Of a stretch of 39,834 nucleotides of DNA, positions 18,846-27,952 are shown in pieces. Source of the DNA: Gemmatimonadales bacterium (GTDB lineage Bacteria; Gemmatimonadota; Gemmatimonadetes; Gemmatimonadales; GWC2-71-9); assembly GCA_038258395.1 (NCBI GenBank), contig JBBSPX010000003.1, positions 1-39,834 of the forward strand, in the 5' to 3' direction. A model generated the notes under the pieces. The model did no database searches. It was not told the DNA's origin and saw nothing but the letters and a program-made list of their open reading frames with translations. The first letter of the stretch is position 1, and the number at the start of each line of letters is the position of its first letter. The position numbers and the translations under genes were made by a program.

Positions 18846-19810
18846 CGATCACCCACCTGAGTCGAAGCTGTGCGGGCCGGGGCAGAGCGGAAGGAGAAGG
18901 CGCGGTCGCGGCCGAGCAGCAACCACGCCGCCCCACCGAGGAGTCCCCCGGCGATCATGACGGTCTGCCACAACAGGGAACAAACGACACTGACGGCGGC
19001 CGGCACCCCGAAGGGGAGGAGGAGCGCCGCGAGACTCCCTTCCCGGACGGCAATCCCGCCGAGCGAAATCGGAACCAGCGCCGCAATCTTCGCGAGCGGC
19101 CAGACCAGGAACCAGGTCGCGTAACCAACCTCGATGCCGACACTGCGTCCGAGCCAGCTGTTGAGAAATACGAAGCCCGACTGGATCGTCAGTGACATCA
19201 GCAGTCCGAGTACTGCGATCCCCGGTCGGCGCCAGAGCGACCGCAATCCCACCAGGCCACGGCCCACAGGGCGGCGGATGCGGCGAGGCCAACGGGCGAG
19301 TGGTCGTCGGAGCAGGAAGGGAAACCCCATCGCCATCACGCCGAGTCCCACGACGATCGCGACCGTGAGCGCTTGGCCGAGCCATCCGTCCAACTGGCTC
19401 CGCGCGAGGGTCCCACCGATCACCACAAGAATGGTGAGCGCGAGCATGTCGGTGAGCCGATCCATGATGCTGCCCGAGAGGGCCGCCTCCGGTCGACGGG
19501 TGACCCGGCCCGCCATCGCCACCCGGAGCACATCGCCTCCCACGATTGTCGGGAGACAGAGATTGGCAAACAATCCCGCGCTGTAGCAGGTGATGGCATC
19601 GCGCGCTCGGAGTCCGCCCCGGGCCGCGTTGACGAAGAGTCGCCACTTGGCGACGCCCAGCAAATGCCCACCGACAAACCCCGCGAACACGCCGAGCCAC
19701 ACGCGAGGCGAGAGTCGCCCCAGTGCGTCACGCACGCCACCCCATGGCAAGATCAGAAAGAGCACAATCAGCAGTGCGACGCTGATTGTCGCCTTGAGCC
19801 AGGGTTTCAT
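18842..19810 (-). CDS. YbhN/LPG-synthase-TM family membrane protein (flippase-like)
   Basis: NLCLPTIVGGDVLR, DRLTD and PISLGGIAVRE. Confidence 0.85.
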   Translation of the reverse strand: MKPWLKATISVALLIVLFLILPWGGVRDALGRLSPRVWLGVFAGFVGGHLLGVAKWRLFVNAARGGLRARDAITCYSAGLFANLCLPTIVGGDVLRVAMAGRVTRRPEAALSGSIMDRLTDMLALTILVVIGGTLARSQLDGWLGQALTVAIVVGLGVMAMGFPFLLRRPLARWPRRIRRPVGRGLVGLRSLWRRPGIAVLGLLMSLTIQSGFVFLNSWLGRSVGIEVGYATWFLVWPLAKIAALVPISLGGIAVREGSLAALLLPFGVPAAVSVVCSLLWQTVMIAGGLLGGAAWLLLGRDRAFSFRSAPARTASTQVGDR

Positions 19811-20700
19811 CGGCGTCCGGCAATGCGAACATTCTGGTCCGCAAGGAGGCCAACGGACCAGACCACCAAGGCGCCGATGATCCCCAGGACCGCGCTCTCG
19901 GAGAGGTTGTCCCGCGTAATGTCAAAGATGAATTTCCCGACACCTGCGACAAAGAGCACCGCACCGAGCGGGAGAAAGACCTTGAGGGGATTGAAGAACA
20001 CAATGGTACGCACGATCAGAATGGTGAAGTCGTAGGCGTGCCGCGCCCGAATGCTGGATTGGCCGAGTCGCGCATGGTAATCGATCGGAACATAGACGAA
20101 CGCGTGCCCATTGCACGCCGCCGACATCGTGATGGTCGTCGTGAACGAGAAGCCGTCCGGCAACAGGAATTCGTAGCGCTGGATCAGACTCCGCCGCATC
20201 AGGCGCAGTCCACTATTGATGTCCGGCAGTCGCTGCCCGGCGAGATAGCCGGCCAGGCGATTGAGAAACCATTTGGCGGGCCGCCGGATCAGCGGAATTG
20301 CCACGTTCGCGCCGAGGCGGCCACCGATCACCATCTCATTCCGATCGGCCTCCGCGAGCAGCGACGGGATCGCTTCGACGGGATAGGTCCCGTCGGCATC
20401 CGTGATCAAGATCCAATCATACTGTGCTCGCGAGATCCCGAGCTTCAGTGCGGCTCCGTAGCCCCGGTTCTGCGGTCGGCGCAGGACCACGGCGCCCGTA
20501 AGGTCCGCCTCGGTCGCGGTGGCATCGGATGATCCATCGTCCACCACAATGACCTCGTAGGCCCAATCGGTCGCGGCAAGGGTGCGTTGCACGGCACGCA
20601 CCTGCTCCGCGACGTGATCACCCTCGTTGTAAGCGGGGATCACGACCGTCACGGCGCGCTCCAGACGCAGGGGGTCGTTCCCAGCGATCTCCTCGATCAC
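19807..20700 (-). CDS. GT2 polyprenol-phosphate glycosyltransferase (DPM1/ArnC-like)
   Basis: VVIPAYNE, VVDDGSSD, NRGYGAALK, DADGTY and two C-terminal TM helices. GTG 20700 follows GGAGG; ATG 20724 is an alternative start. Confidence 0.88.
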   Translation of the reverse strand: MIEEIAGNDPLRLERAVTVVIPAYNEGDHVAEQVRAVQRTLAATDWAYEVIVVDDGSSDATATEADLTGAVVLRRPQNRGYGAALKLGISRAQYDWILITDADGTYPVEAIPSLLAEADRNEMVIGGRLGANVAIPLIRRPAKWFLNRLAGYLAGQRLPDINSGLRLMRRSLIQRYEFLLPDGFSFTTTITMSAACNGHAFVYVPIDYHARLGQSSIRARHAYDFTILIVRTIVFFNPLKVFLPLGAVLFVAGVGKFIFDITRDNLSESAVLGIIGALVVWSVGLLADQNVRIAGRR

Positions 20701-20746
20701 GCGTTCCTCCGGGATGTTGATCATGAACCAGGTGATGGGAACTGGC

Positions 20747-20762
20747 TGCAAGGGCAATGCCG
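20747..20762 (-). promoter_or_regulatory. Putative sigma54 promoter for the GT2-YbhN-oxidoreductase operon
   Basis: Minus strand CGGCATTGCCCTTGCA = GGCAY-N5-TTGCA. Confidence 0.55.
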
Positions 20763-21038
20763 CGGCGTCCACCAAGCTAGTCTGCGGCCGGGGGCCGTGC
20801 GAGGTGGGCAGCTCACCCCGACGGGCACCGGCCTTGGGATCCCACCAGTTTCGCCTATCGGACTCCATCACTGTACCGGACCACCCGGCCGGCACGATCC
20901 ACCCCCCCGCAGGAGGCCTATCTGCCACGAGGATCCCGACGCGACCGTCCGAGTCGGCGCCAGCCAGCATGGGAGCACCCCGCGTGATCGCCGCCTTCGG
21001 GTACCTTACAGATTCCGCGCCTTGCCTCTGGAGAACGC

Positions 21039-22583
21039 ATGCCAACCCGCCCGAGCCTTGTTGCCGCCGCCACGCTCCTGCTGCTCACCGCCGCCGCCCC
21101 GATCGGTCCCGACCCGGTCGACTGGATGATGGTCGCCCGAATCCGTGAGGAAGGGCTGCAACATTCCCAGGTGATGAACTTCGAGAGTTTCATCACCGAT
21201 GTACTCGGCGCTCGGTTCACCATGTCGACCGATATGGTTCGCGCCCAGGGCTGGCTCCAGGCCGAGTTGACCCGACTCGGGCTCGTGAACGTCACCGCCG
21301 AGCCTTTCATGGAGTTCGGGGCCAGCTGGGACAACGACTTCGCATCGATGCACATGATCCAGCCCGACTATTCGCCCATGGTTGCCTACCCCGTCGCCGA
21401 AACACCCGGTACTGACGGTCCCCAGTTGGTCGAGGCAGTGATTGTCGACGTACAAACCCGCGAAGATATGGTGCGCCTGCACGGCACTCTCACCGGCAAG
21501 GCGGTACTCGTGTCGCCCCCATTGCCGATCGATGTCGCCAAGCTCGCGCGCGGTATGCCACGTCTCACCGATAGTGCGCTCGCGGCGCTCGAACACACGG
21601 TCATCCGACCGGCCCAATCGGTGAGCGCACGACGGATCCCCAACCCCGACCTGGTGAGCACCGAGGAGAAGCTCGCCTTCTACAAGGCGGAGGGCGTCGC
21701 CGCCGTGGTGCAGTGCGACGGCGGTTGGCTCGGCGCGGTGACCGGGTACGCCCGTCCCGGTGCCGCGCGCGACGGCTGGTCTCGCGCGGGCATCCTCGCC
21801 TCGCCGCCCATCGTGGTCGTGACACCTGAACACTACAATCGGATGTACCGGATCCTGCAGCGGAAGATCCCGGTCACGGTGTCGATCGATATCCGGACCC
21901 GCATTGGCACCGAACCACTCCAGGCGAAAAACATCACGGCCGAAATCCCGGGCAGCGATCTCAAGGATCAGGTCGTGATGCTTGGTGCGCACTTCGATAG
22001 TTGGCACGGCAGCCCCAACGCCAGCGACAACGCCTCGGGTGTCGCCGTCGCCCTCGAAGCGATGCGCATCCTCAAGGCGGTGGGCGCCAAGCCGCGGCGG
22101 ACGATCCGCGTGGTGCTCTGGAGCGGCGAGGAGGAGGGGCTGCTCGGGTCGCGCGCCTATGTCCGCAAGCACTTTGGTGATCCGCGTGACCCGGGGATCG
22201 GAACGACAGCCGAATATCAGAAGTTGTCGGTCTACTTCAACCAGGACTACGGCGCGGGGCAGTACCGCGGCGTCTACCTGCAGGGGAACGAGGCCGCTCG
22301 CGGCATGCTCACCGCCTGGATGGCGCCATTCCGCGATCTCGGCATGACCACCGTGTCGAATCAGAGTGTGGGGCAAACCGATCACGTCCCGTTCGACGAC
22401 ATCGGCCTGCCAGGGATCCAGTTCCTGCAGGATCACCTGCCGGCCGAGGGCGGCCATACTAACCTCGACTTCTACGACACCATTCAGGCCGACGACCTGA
22501 TGAAGAATGCCGTCATCATGGCCTCCTACGTCTGGCACGCAGCGATTGCGGATGACCTGGTGCCGCGCAAGACCCTGAGGTAG
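21039..22583 (+). CDS. Secreted M28 family metallopeptidase
   Basis: Signal peptide, GAHFDSW, DNASG, GEEEGLLGS and TDHVPF. Confidence 0.88.
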   Translation: MPTRPSLVAAATLLLLTAAAPIGPDPVDWMMVARIREEGLQHSQVMNFESFITDVLGARFTMSTDMVRAQGWLQAELTRLGLVNVTAEPFMEFGASWDNDFASMHMIQPDYSPMVAYPVAETPGTDGPQLVEAVIVDVQTREDMVRLHGTLTGKAVLVSPPLPIDVAKLARGMPRLTDSALAALEHTVIRPAQSVSARRIPNPDLVSTEEKLAFYKAEGVAAVVQCDGGWLGAVTGYARPGAARDGWSRAGILASPPIVVVTPEHYNRMYRILQRKIPVTVSIDIRTRIGTEPLQAKNITAEIPGSDLKDQVVMLGAHFDSWHGSPNASDNASGVAVALEAMRILKAVGAKPRRTIRVVLWSGEEEGLLGSRAYVRKHFGDPRDPGIGTTAEYQKLSVYFNQDYGAGQYRGVYLQGNEAARGMLTAWMAPFRDLGMTTVSNQSVGQTDHVPFDDIGLPGIQFLQDHLPAEGGHTNLDFYDTIQADDLMKNAVIMASYVWHAAIADDLVPRKTLR

Positions 22584-22627
22584 CAGTATCCTTCGTCGAA
22601 CTCCCCACACAAAAATCGAGACTGCCC

Positions 22628-23338
22628 GTGCGCATCAGTGACATGAACTGGATGCAGGTCGCCGACTACCTCTCCCGCGACGACCGTGCCGTCCTGCCCC
22701 TCGGCAGCACCGAGCAGCACAGCTTTCTCCGGCTCACCGTGGACTGCATCCTGCCGGAACGGGTCGCCGCCGAAGCGGCCGAACCGCTCGGCGTGCCCGT
22801 CTTCCCCGTGCTCGCGTACGGCGTCACCCCGTACTTCCGCGAGTTCCCTGGCTCCATCTCGCTCCGAGTGCAGACCCACCTCGCCGTGGTGAGCGATATC
22901 CTCGATAGCATGGCCCACAGCGGTTTTCGCCGCATCATGATCTGCAACGGCCACGGCGGCAACGGCGCGGTGCAGCAGTTCGCGACCGAGTGGGCCGCCG
23001 ACCATCCCGGCTGTCAGGTCCTCTTTCACAACTGGTGGAATGCTCCCCGTACATGGGCCAAGGTGCAGGAGCTCGACCCAGTCGCCTCGCACGGCTCGTG
23101 GATGGAGAACTTCCCCTGGACCAGGCTGCCCGGCGTCGACATGCCGACGACGACCAAGGGCCCGGTTCCCTCGATCGACCGGATCCGCGCGCTAGACCCC
23201 GTAGCACTCCGCAACTTTCTCGGCGACGGCAACTTCGGCGGGCTCTACCAGCGGCCCGACACCGAGTTGCTCGCCCTCTGGCAGGTCGCCGTCGAGGAGA
23301 CGCGCGCCCTGCTCGATGGCTCGTGGGGTGCGCCCTAG
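22628..23338 (+). CDS. Creatininase family amidohydrolase
   Basis: LPLGSTEQH, FPGSISL and NGHGGN. Confidence 0.9.
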   Translation: MRISDMNWMQVADYLSRDDRAVLPLGSTEQHSFLRLTVDCILPERVAAEAAEPLGVPVFPVLAYGVTPYFREFPGSISLRVQTHLAVVSDILDSMAHSGFRRIMICNGHGGNGAVQQFATEWAADHPGCQVLFHNWWNAPRTWAKVQELDPVASHGSWMENFPWTRLPGVDMPTTTKGPVPSIDRIRALDPVALRNFLGDGNFGGLYQRPDTELLALWQVAVEETRALLDGSWGAP

Positions 23339-24381
23339 TGGCCGCAGACGCCCCACGCGTGCTCTTCTGGGGCGCCGGTGCGATCGGTGGCACGATCGCG
23401 GCCTACCTCGCCCGCGCCGGACACGACGTGACCGCCGTGGACACGGTCCGTGAGCATGTCGACGCCATCAATCACTCCGGGCTCTCGATCACCGGTCCGA
23501 TCGCCTCCTTCACCGCACGGCTCCCAGCGTTCACGCCGGACACCATCGCGGGTGAGTGGGACACCATCGTCCTCGCGACCAAGGCGCATCACACCGAAGC
23601 CGCCGTCCGCGCGCTCCTGCCGCATCTCACGGACAATGGCTGCGTGATCTCCGCGCAGAACGGACTCAACGAACTCGCGATCGCCGAAGTCATTGGCGAA
23701 GCCCGGACGGTGGGCGCGTTCGTCAATTTCGGCGCTGATTACCTCGAGGCCGGTGTGTTGCTCTACGGCGGCCGCGGTACCGTCATGATCGGTGAAGCGT
23801 TCGGTCCCGAGGAGGCACGCATCTCGCCGCGCGTCCTCACGACTCGTGACGCGTGGCGGGAGTTCGACGAACTGGCCACGGCGACACCGAACATCTGGGG
23901 CAACCTCTGGGCCAAGGAGGCCTACGGCGCGATGCTGTTCGCCACCGCCCTGACCAACGAGTCGATCGCCGACGCCCTCGCGATGCCCTACTACCGCCCG
24001 CTCTACATCGGCCTCGCTCGTGAGATGCTTGGCGTCGCGGCAGCCCGCGGCGTACGCCCCGAGGCCTTCGACGGCTTCGATCCGGCGGCGTATATCCCCA
24101 GCGCGGCCCCCGGCGCCGCCACGGACTCACTCGACCATCTCGTCGCCCACAATCGCAAATCGGCCAAGACGCATAGCGGCATCTGGCGCGACCTGGCGGT
24201 GCGGAAGCGCCCGACCGAGGTCGACGCCCAGCTCGGCGTCGTAGTAACTCTCGGCGCCCAAGCAGGCGTGCCCACGCCACTCACCGCGCGGTTGGTGGAA
24301 CTGATCCACGAGATCGAGCGTGGCGAGCAAGAGCAGTCGTTGGACACCCTCGATCTGCTCGCCAGAGTGCTGACGTCGTGA
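23338..24381 (+). CDS. Ketopantoate reductase (ApbA/PanE) family oxidoreductase
   Basis: GTG overlaps the upstream TAG. GAGAIGG, LATK, AQNGL and SGIWRDL...RPTEVD. Confidence 0.85.
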   Translation: MAADAPRVLFWGAGAIGGTIAAYLARAGHDVTAVDTVREHVDAINHSGLSITGPIASFTARLPAFTPDTIAGEWDTIVLATKAHHTEAAVRALLPHLTDNGCVISAQNGLNELAIAEVIGEARTVGAFVNFGADYLEAGVLLYGGRGTVMIGEAFGPEEARISPRVLTTRDAWREFDELATATPNIWGNLWAKEAYGAMLFATALTNESIADALAMPYYRPLYIGLAREMLGVAAARGVRPEAFDGFDPAAYIPSAAPGAATDSLDHLVAHNRKSAKTHSGIWRDLAVRKRPTEVDAQLGVVVTLGAQAGVPTPLTARLVELIHEIERGEQEQSLDTLDLLARVLTS

Positions 24382-25136
24382 AACTGGAATTCCATGGCAA
24401 GACCGTGATCGTCACCGGGGCCGCACATGGCTTCGGGCGCGCAATCGCGCTGGCGTTCGCCGAACGCGGTGCGACAGTCTGGGCGTGCGACGTGATCGCG
24501 GATGAGCTGCAGGAGACCGCGCGACTCGGAGGAGAGCAATGTCACGCTCGTCGACTCGACGTCCGCGACAAGGACAGGGTCGCTGCGTTCGTATCTGAGG
24601 CCGCATCGGCCAGCGGTCACGTCGACATCCTCGTGAACAACGCCGGCGGCGTGCTCGGCCAGGTGGGCCGTCCGCTCGAAGAGGTAATCCCCGAGGACTG
24701 GCAGGCGATCTTCGATGTCAATGTGAGCGGGGCCTTCTATTGCTCGCAGGCGGTGGCGGCTGGCATGAAGGCGGCGCGCTTCGGCCGCATCATCAACATC
24801 TCGAGCGGTGCCGGCCTCGGCATCTCACTCACCGGCATCCAGGCGTACGCCTCGGCCAAGGCGGCGCAGATCGGCCTGACACGCCAGCTGGCCCACGAGC
24901 TGGGTCCATGGGGTATCACGGTCAACAACGTCGCTCCAGGCTTCGTGCGCTCCAACGCGGCGACCGAGGCGCAATGGGAATCCTACGGTGCGGCGGGGCA
25001 GCAGGCGCTCGTCGATCGGATCGCACTCAAGCGGCTCGGCTCCGTGGACGACATCGCCGCGGGGGTGCTCTTCTTCGCGTCGGAATTCGCGGGGTGGATC
25101 ACCGGCCAGGTCCTCTCGATCGACGGCGGCAAGTGA
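24378..25136 (+). CDS. Short-chain dehydrogenase/reductase
   Basis: TGAAHGFG, NNAG, YASAK and ITGQVLSIDGG. Confidence 0.92.
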   Translation: MKLEFHGKTVIVTGAAHGFGRAIALAFAERGATVWACDVIADELQETARLGGEQCHARRLDVRDKDRVAAFVSEAASASGHVDILVNNAGGVLGQVGRPLEEVIPEDWQAIFDVNVSGAFYCSQAVAAGMKAARFGRIINISSGAGLGISLTGIQAYASAKAAQIGLTRQLAHELGPWGITVNNVAPGFVRSNAATEAQWESYGAAGQQALVDRIALKRLGSVDDIAAGVLFFASEFAGWITGQVLSIDGGK

Positions 25137-26518
25137 TGGCTCTCGATCAGGTGCTCACGCTGCTCGCCTCTCGCCATGATGTCATCCTCGATGAGCTGAT
25201 CGAGTTCGCGTCGATCCCGAGCGTGAGCACCGATCCGGCCCACGCGCCTGACGTGCAACGTGCGGCCGAGTTTGTTGCAGCAAGCCTCGCCGCAGCGGGA
25301 CCACTTACGGTGCGCACGCTGCCCTCGCCGGGCAATCCTGTCGTCTACGCCGAATGGCTCGGCGCGCCCGGCGCGCTCACGGTGCTCATCTATGGTCACT
25401 ACGACGTGCAGCCTCCAGATCCGCTCGACAAGTGGCTAAGCCCACCGTTCACGCCGACGCTGCGTGACGGACGTCTCTATGCTCGAGGCGTGTCGGATGA
25501 CAAGGGACCGATGTTGATTCCGATCAAGGTGGCCGAGGCGTTCTTCGAGGTCGAGTCGCGCCTGCCGATCAATGTCAAGTTCATGATCGAAGGCGAAGAG
25601 GAGATCGGCAGCCCCAACGTTGAATCGTGTATCATGGCGCACCGCGACCTGCTCGCCGCCGACGTCGTGATTTCAGCGGATGGCGCGATGTGGCGCATCG
25701 ACGAGCCATCACTGACCGTGGCCAATCGTGGGCTGGCGGGATTGGAGCTCACAGTCACGGCCGCGGGGAAAGATCTGCATTCCGGGCGGCACGGCGGTAG
25801 CGTCGCCAACCCGCTGCACGCGATGGCACAACTCATTGCGTCATTGCATCAGCCCGACGGGGGCGTGGCCGTGGAGGGTTTCTACGATCGCGTCCGTGAG
25901 GTGAGTGCCGCGGAGCGGGCCGACATCGCCGCACTTCCGTTCGATGAGCAAGCGTACCTCGCCCAGGTCGGCGCACCCACAGCGGTGGGCGAAGCGGGCT
26001 ACACCACGCTCGAGCGCCAATGGACTCGGCCGACCGTCGAGCTCAACGGCATGTGGGGCGGCTATCAAGGCCCGGGATCCAAGACCGTGATCCCATGCGA
26101 GGCCCACGCCAAGATCACATGTCGTTTGGTCCCTGACCAGACTCCGGACGAGATCGTAGGATTGCTGACCACACACCTCGAATCCCACCTGCCACTCGGC
26201 GCGCGCCTCATGGTCCGTCCGGGTGATCACGGAACTCCCGCGGCGCAAATCAACCCGAATCACTTCGCGTTGAAGGCGGCGGGCCGCGCGTTGCACGCCG
26301 TCTATGGCGTGGACCCACTGATCGTCCGGATGGGGGGCACCGTGCCCGTGGCAGAACTCTTCCAGCGTCTGATGGGACTCGACACCGTGTACTTCTCCTT
26401 TTCGACGGCCGACGAAGACTATCACGCACCCAACGAGTTCTTTCGCATGCACCGTTTGCACGAAGGCCTCGAGGCGTGGGCGCGATACTGGGACATCCTC
26501 GGAGAGACCCCCACATGA
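25136..26518 (+). CDS. M20 (ArgE/DapE-like) dipeptidase
   Basis: TGATG coupling. GHYDVQP, ARGVSDDKG, EGEEEIGS, DLHSG and HAPNE. Confidence 0.92.
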   Translation: MALDQVLTLLASRHDVILDELIEFASIPSVSTDPAHAPDVQRAAEFVAASLAAAGPLTVRTLPSPGNPVVYAEWLGAPGALTVLIYGHYDVQPPDPLDKWLSPPFTPTLRDGRLYARGVSDDKGPMLIPIKVAEAFFEVESRLPINVKFMIEGEEEIGSPNVESCIMAHRDLLAADVVISADGAMWRIDEPSLTVANRGLAGLELTVTAAGKDLHSGRHGGSVANPLHAMAQLIASLHQPDGGVAVEGFYDRVREVSAAERADIAALPFDEQAYLAQVGAPTAVGEAGYTTLERQWTRPTVELNGMWGGYQGPGSKTVIPCEAHAKITCRLVPDQTPDEIVGLLTTHLESHLPLGARLMVRPGDHGTPAAQINPNHFALKAAGRALHAVYGVDPLIVRMGGTVPVAELFQRLMGLDTVYFSFSTADEDYHAPNEFFRMHRLHEGLEAWARYWDILGETPT

Positions 26519-27951
26519 CCGAGAACAGCGAGCTTGCCCGGGCGGAGGCGCAGGTCGAGGCGCATAGCGCGTCGCTCAAGAAGGAACTCGGAGTTCGGGA
26601 TCTGGCGCTCACCCAGATCCTCTTCATCATCGGCCTCACCTGGATCGGGGTCGCCGGCACCCTCGGGTCCGCGCATGTCGTGATGTGGCTCCTGGCGATG
26701 GTGTTCTTCTACCTGCCGATGGCCGCGGTGGTGATCTACCTCAACAAGCTGATGCCGCTCGAGGGCGGCCTCTACCAGTGGGCCAAACTGGGATTCAATC
26801 CCACGGTCGGCTTCCTGCTCGCGTGGAATCTCTGGCTCTACGTGATCGTCTTCACGTCGGAGATCGGCCTGCAGTGTGCCACGTACCTGTCCTACGCACT
26901 CGGACCGAGCGCGGCGTGGATGACGTCAACCAGCTGGTTCGTGGCGCTTTCGTCCGCTGTCATCCTGACCCTGATGGCGGGAGCGGCCATCATCGGGCTG
27001 TCGGTGGGCAAATGGGTGCACAACACCGGCGGTATCTTCATGCTCATCATCTTCGGCATCCTCATCGTCCTGCCGTTCATTGGGCTGGCCACCCACACGC
27101 TGGCCGAGTACCATCCGTTCCGGACCACCATGCCGAAGTGGTCGCTGCTCAACCTCAACCTGCTCGGCAAGATGGGCTTCGGCGCACTGGGTGGGTTCGA
27201 GTACGTGGCGATCCTGGCTGGTGAGACCCGTGCGCCAGCGCGCGCCGTCCGGAAGTCTGTTCTTATCGCGGCACCACTCATCGCGATCATGTTTATCCTG
27301 GGCACCTCCACGATGGTGGCCTACGTCCCGGTCAATGAGATGGACCTCATCGGGCCGATGCCCCAGGTGCTCCGTGCCGGCTTCGGACCATTCGGGATCG
27401 CAGGTCCCCTGGTCACCATCGCCATCCTGATGACGCTGGCGATGCGCATCGCCCAGGTCAGCGTGAGCTTCACTGCCGTCACGCGCCTGCCGATGGTGGC
27501 CGGCTGGGACCGCATGCTCCCTGCGTGGTTCTCCCGCTTGCACGAGCGCTACCGGACGCCGGTCAATTCGGTCATCCTGGTGGCGGTCTGCTCCTTTGGT
27601 CTCTCGCTGGTGAGTCTGATCGGTGTCGGACGCGCCGAGGCATTTCAGTTGCTCTTCAATGCCGGTGGGATCTTCTATGCGTTGGCGTATCTCGTGATGT
27701 TTTCCATCCCGATCATTGGTCTGCGTGGCGTGACGCCACGGCCCCCACGGTGGTTGCAGGTCGCCTCATGGTCGGGACTGGTGATGACATTGTTGTACGT
27801 GGTGCTGTCGGTGTTCCCGATCATCAAGGTGGTGAGTGTCACCACTTTCGCCCTCAAGGTCGGATCGATGATCGTGGTGATGAACCTGGTTGGTGTCGGT
27901 ATCCTGATCGCCGCGCGTCGGCGATCCTTAACTGTCGCGGAGGGGGAGTAG
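26515..27951 (+). CDS. APC family amino acid permease
   Basis: ATGA overlap, about 12 TM helices, PLEGGLYQW and GGFE....LAGE. Confidence 0.9.
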   Translation: MTENSELARAEAQVEAHSASLKKELGVRDLALTQILFIIGLTWIGVAGTLGSAHVVMWLLAMVFFYLPMAAVVIYLNKLMPLEGGLYQWAKLGFNPTVGFLLAWNLWLYVIVFTSEIGLQCATYLSYALGPSAAWMTSTSWFVALSSAVILTLMAGAAIIGLSVGKWVHNTGGIFMLIIFGILIVLPFIGLATHTLAEYHPFRTTMPKWSLLNLNLLGKMGFGALGGFEYVAILAGETRAPARAVRKSVLIAAPLIAIMFILGTSTMVAYVPVNEMDLIGPMPQVLRAGFGPFGIAGPLVTIAILMTLAMRIAQVSVSFTAVTRLPMVAGWDRMLPAWFSRLHERYRTPVNSVILVAVCSFGLSLVSLIGVGRAEAFQLLFNAGGIFYALAYLVMFSIPIIGLRGVTPRPPRWLQVASWSGLVMTLLYVVLSVFPIIKVVSVTTFALKVGSMIVVMNLVGVGILIAARRRSLTVAEGE

Positions 27952-27952
27952 C

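Noticed and set aside
21006-22610. 534-aa antisense ORF (similarly 28760-30247 and many other long shadow ORFs)
   Set aside because: They lie opposite well-supported genes, have no motifs, and are expected in high-GC DNA.
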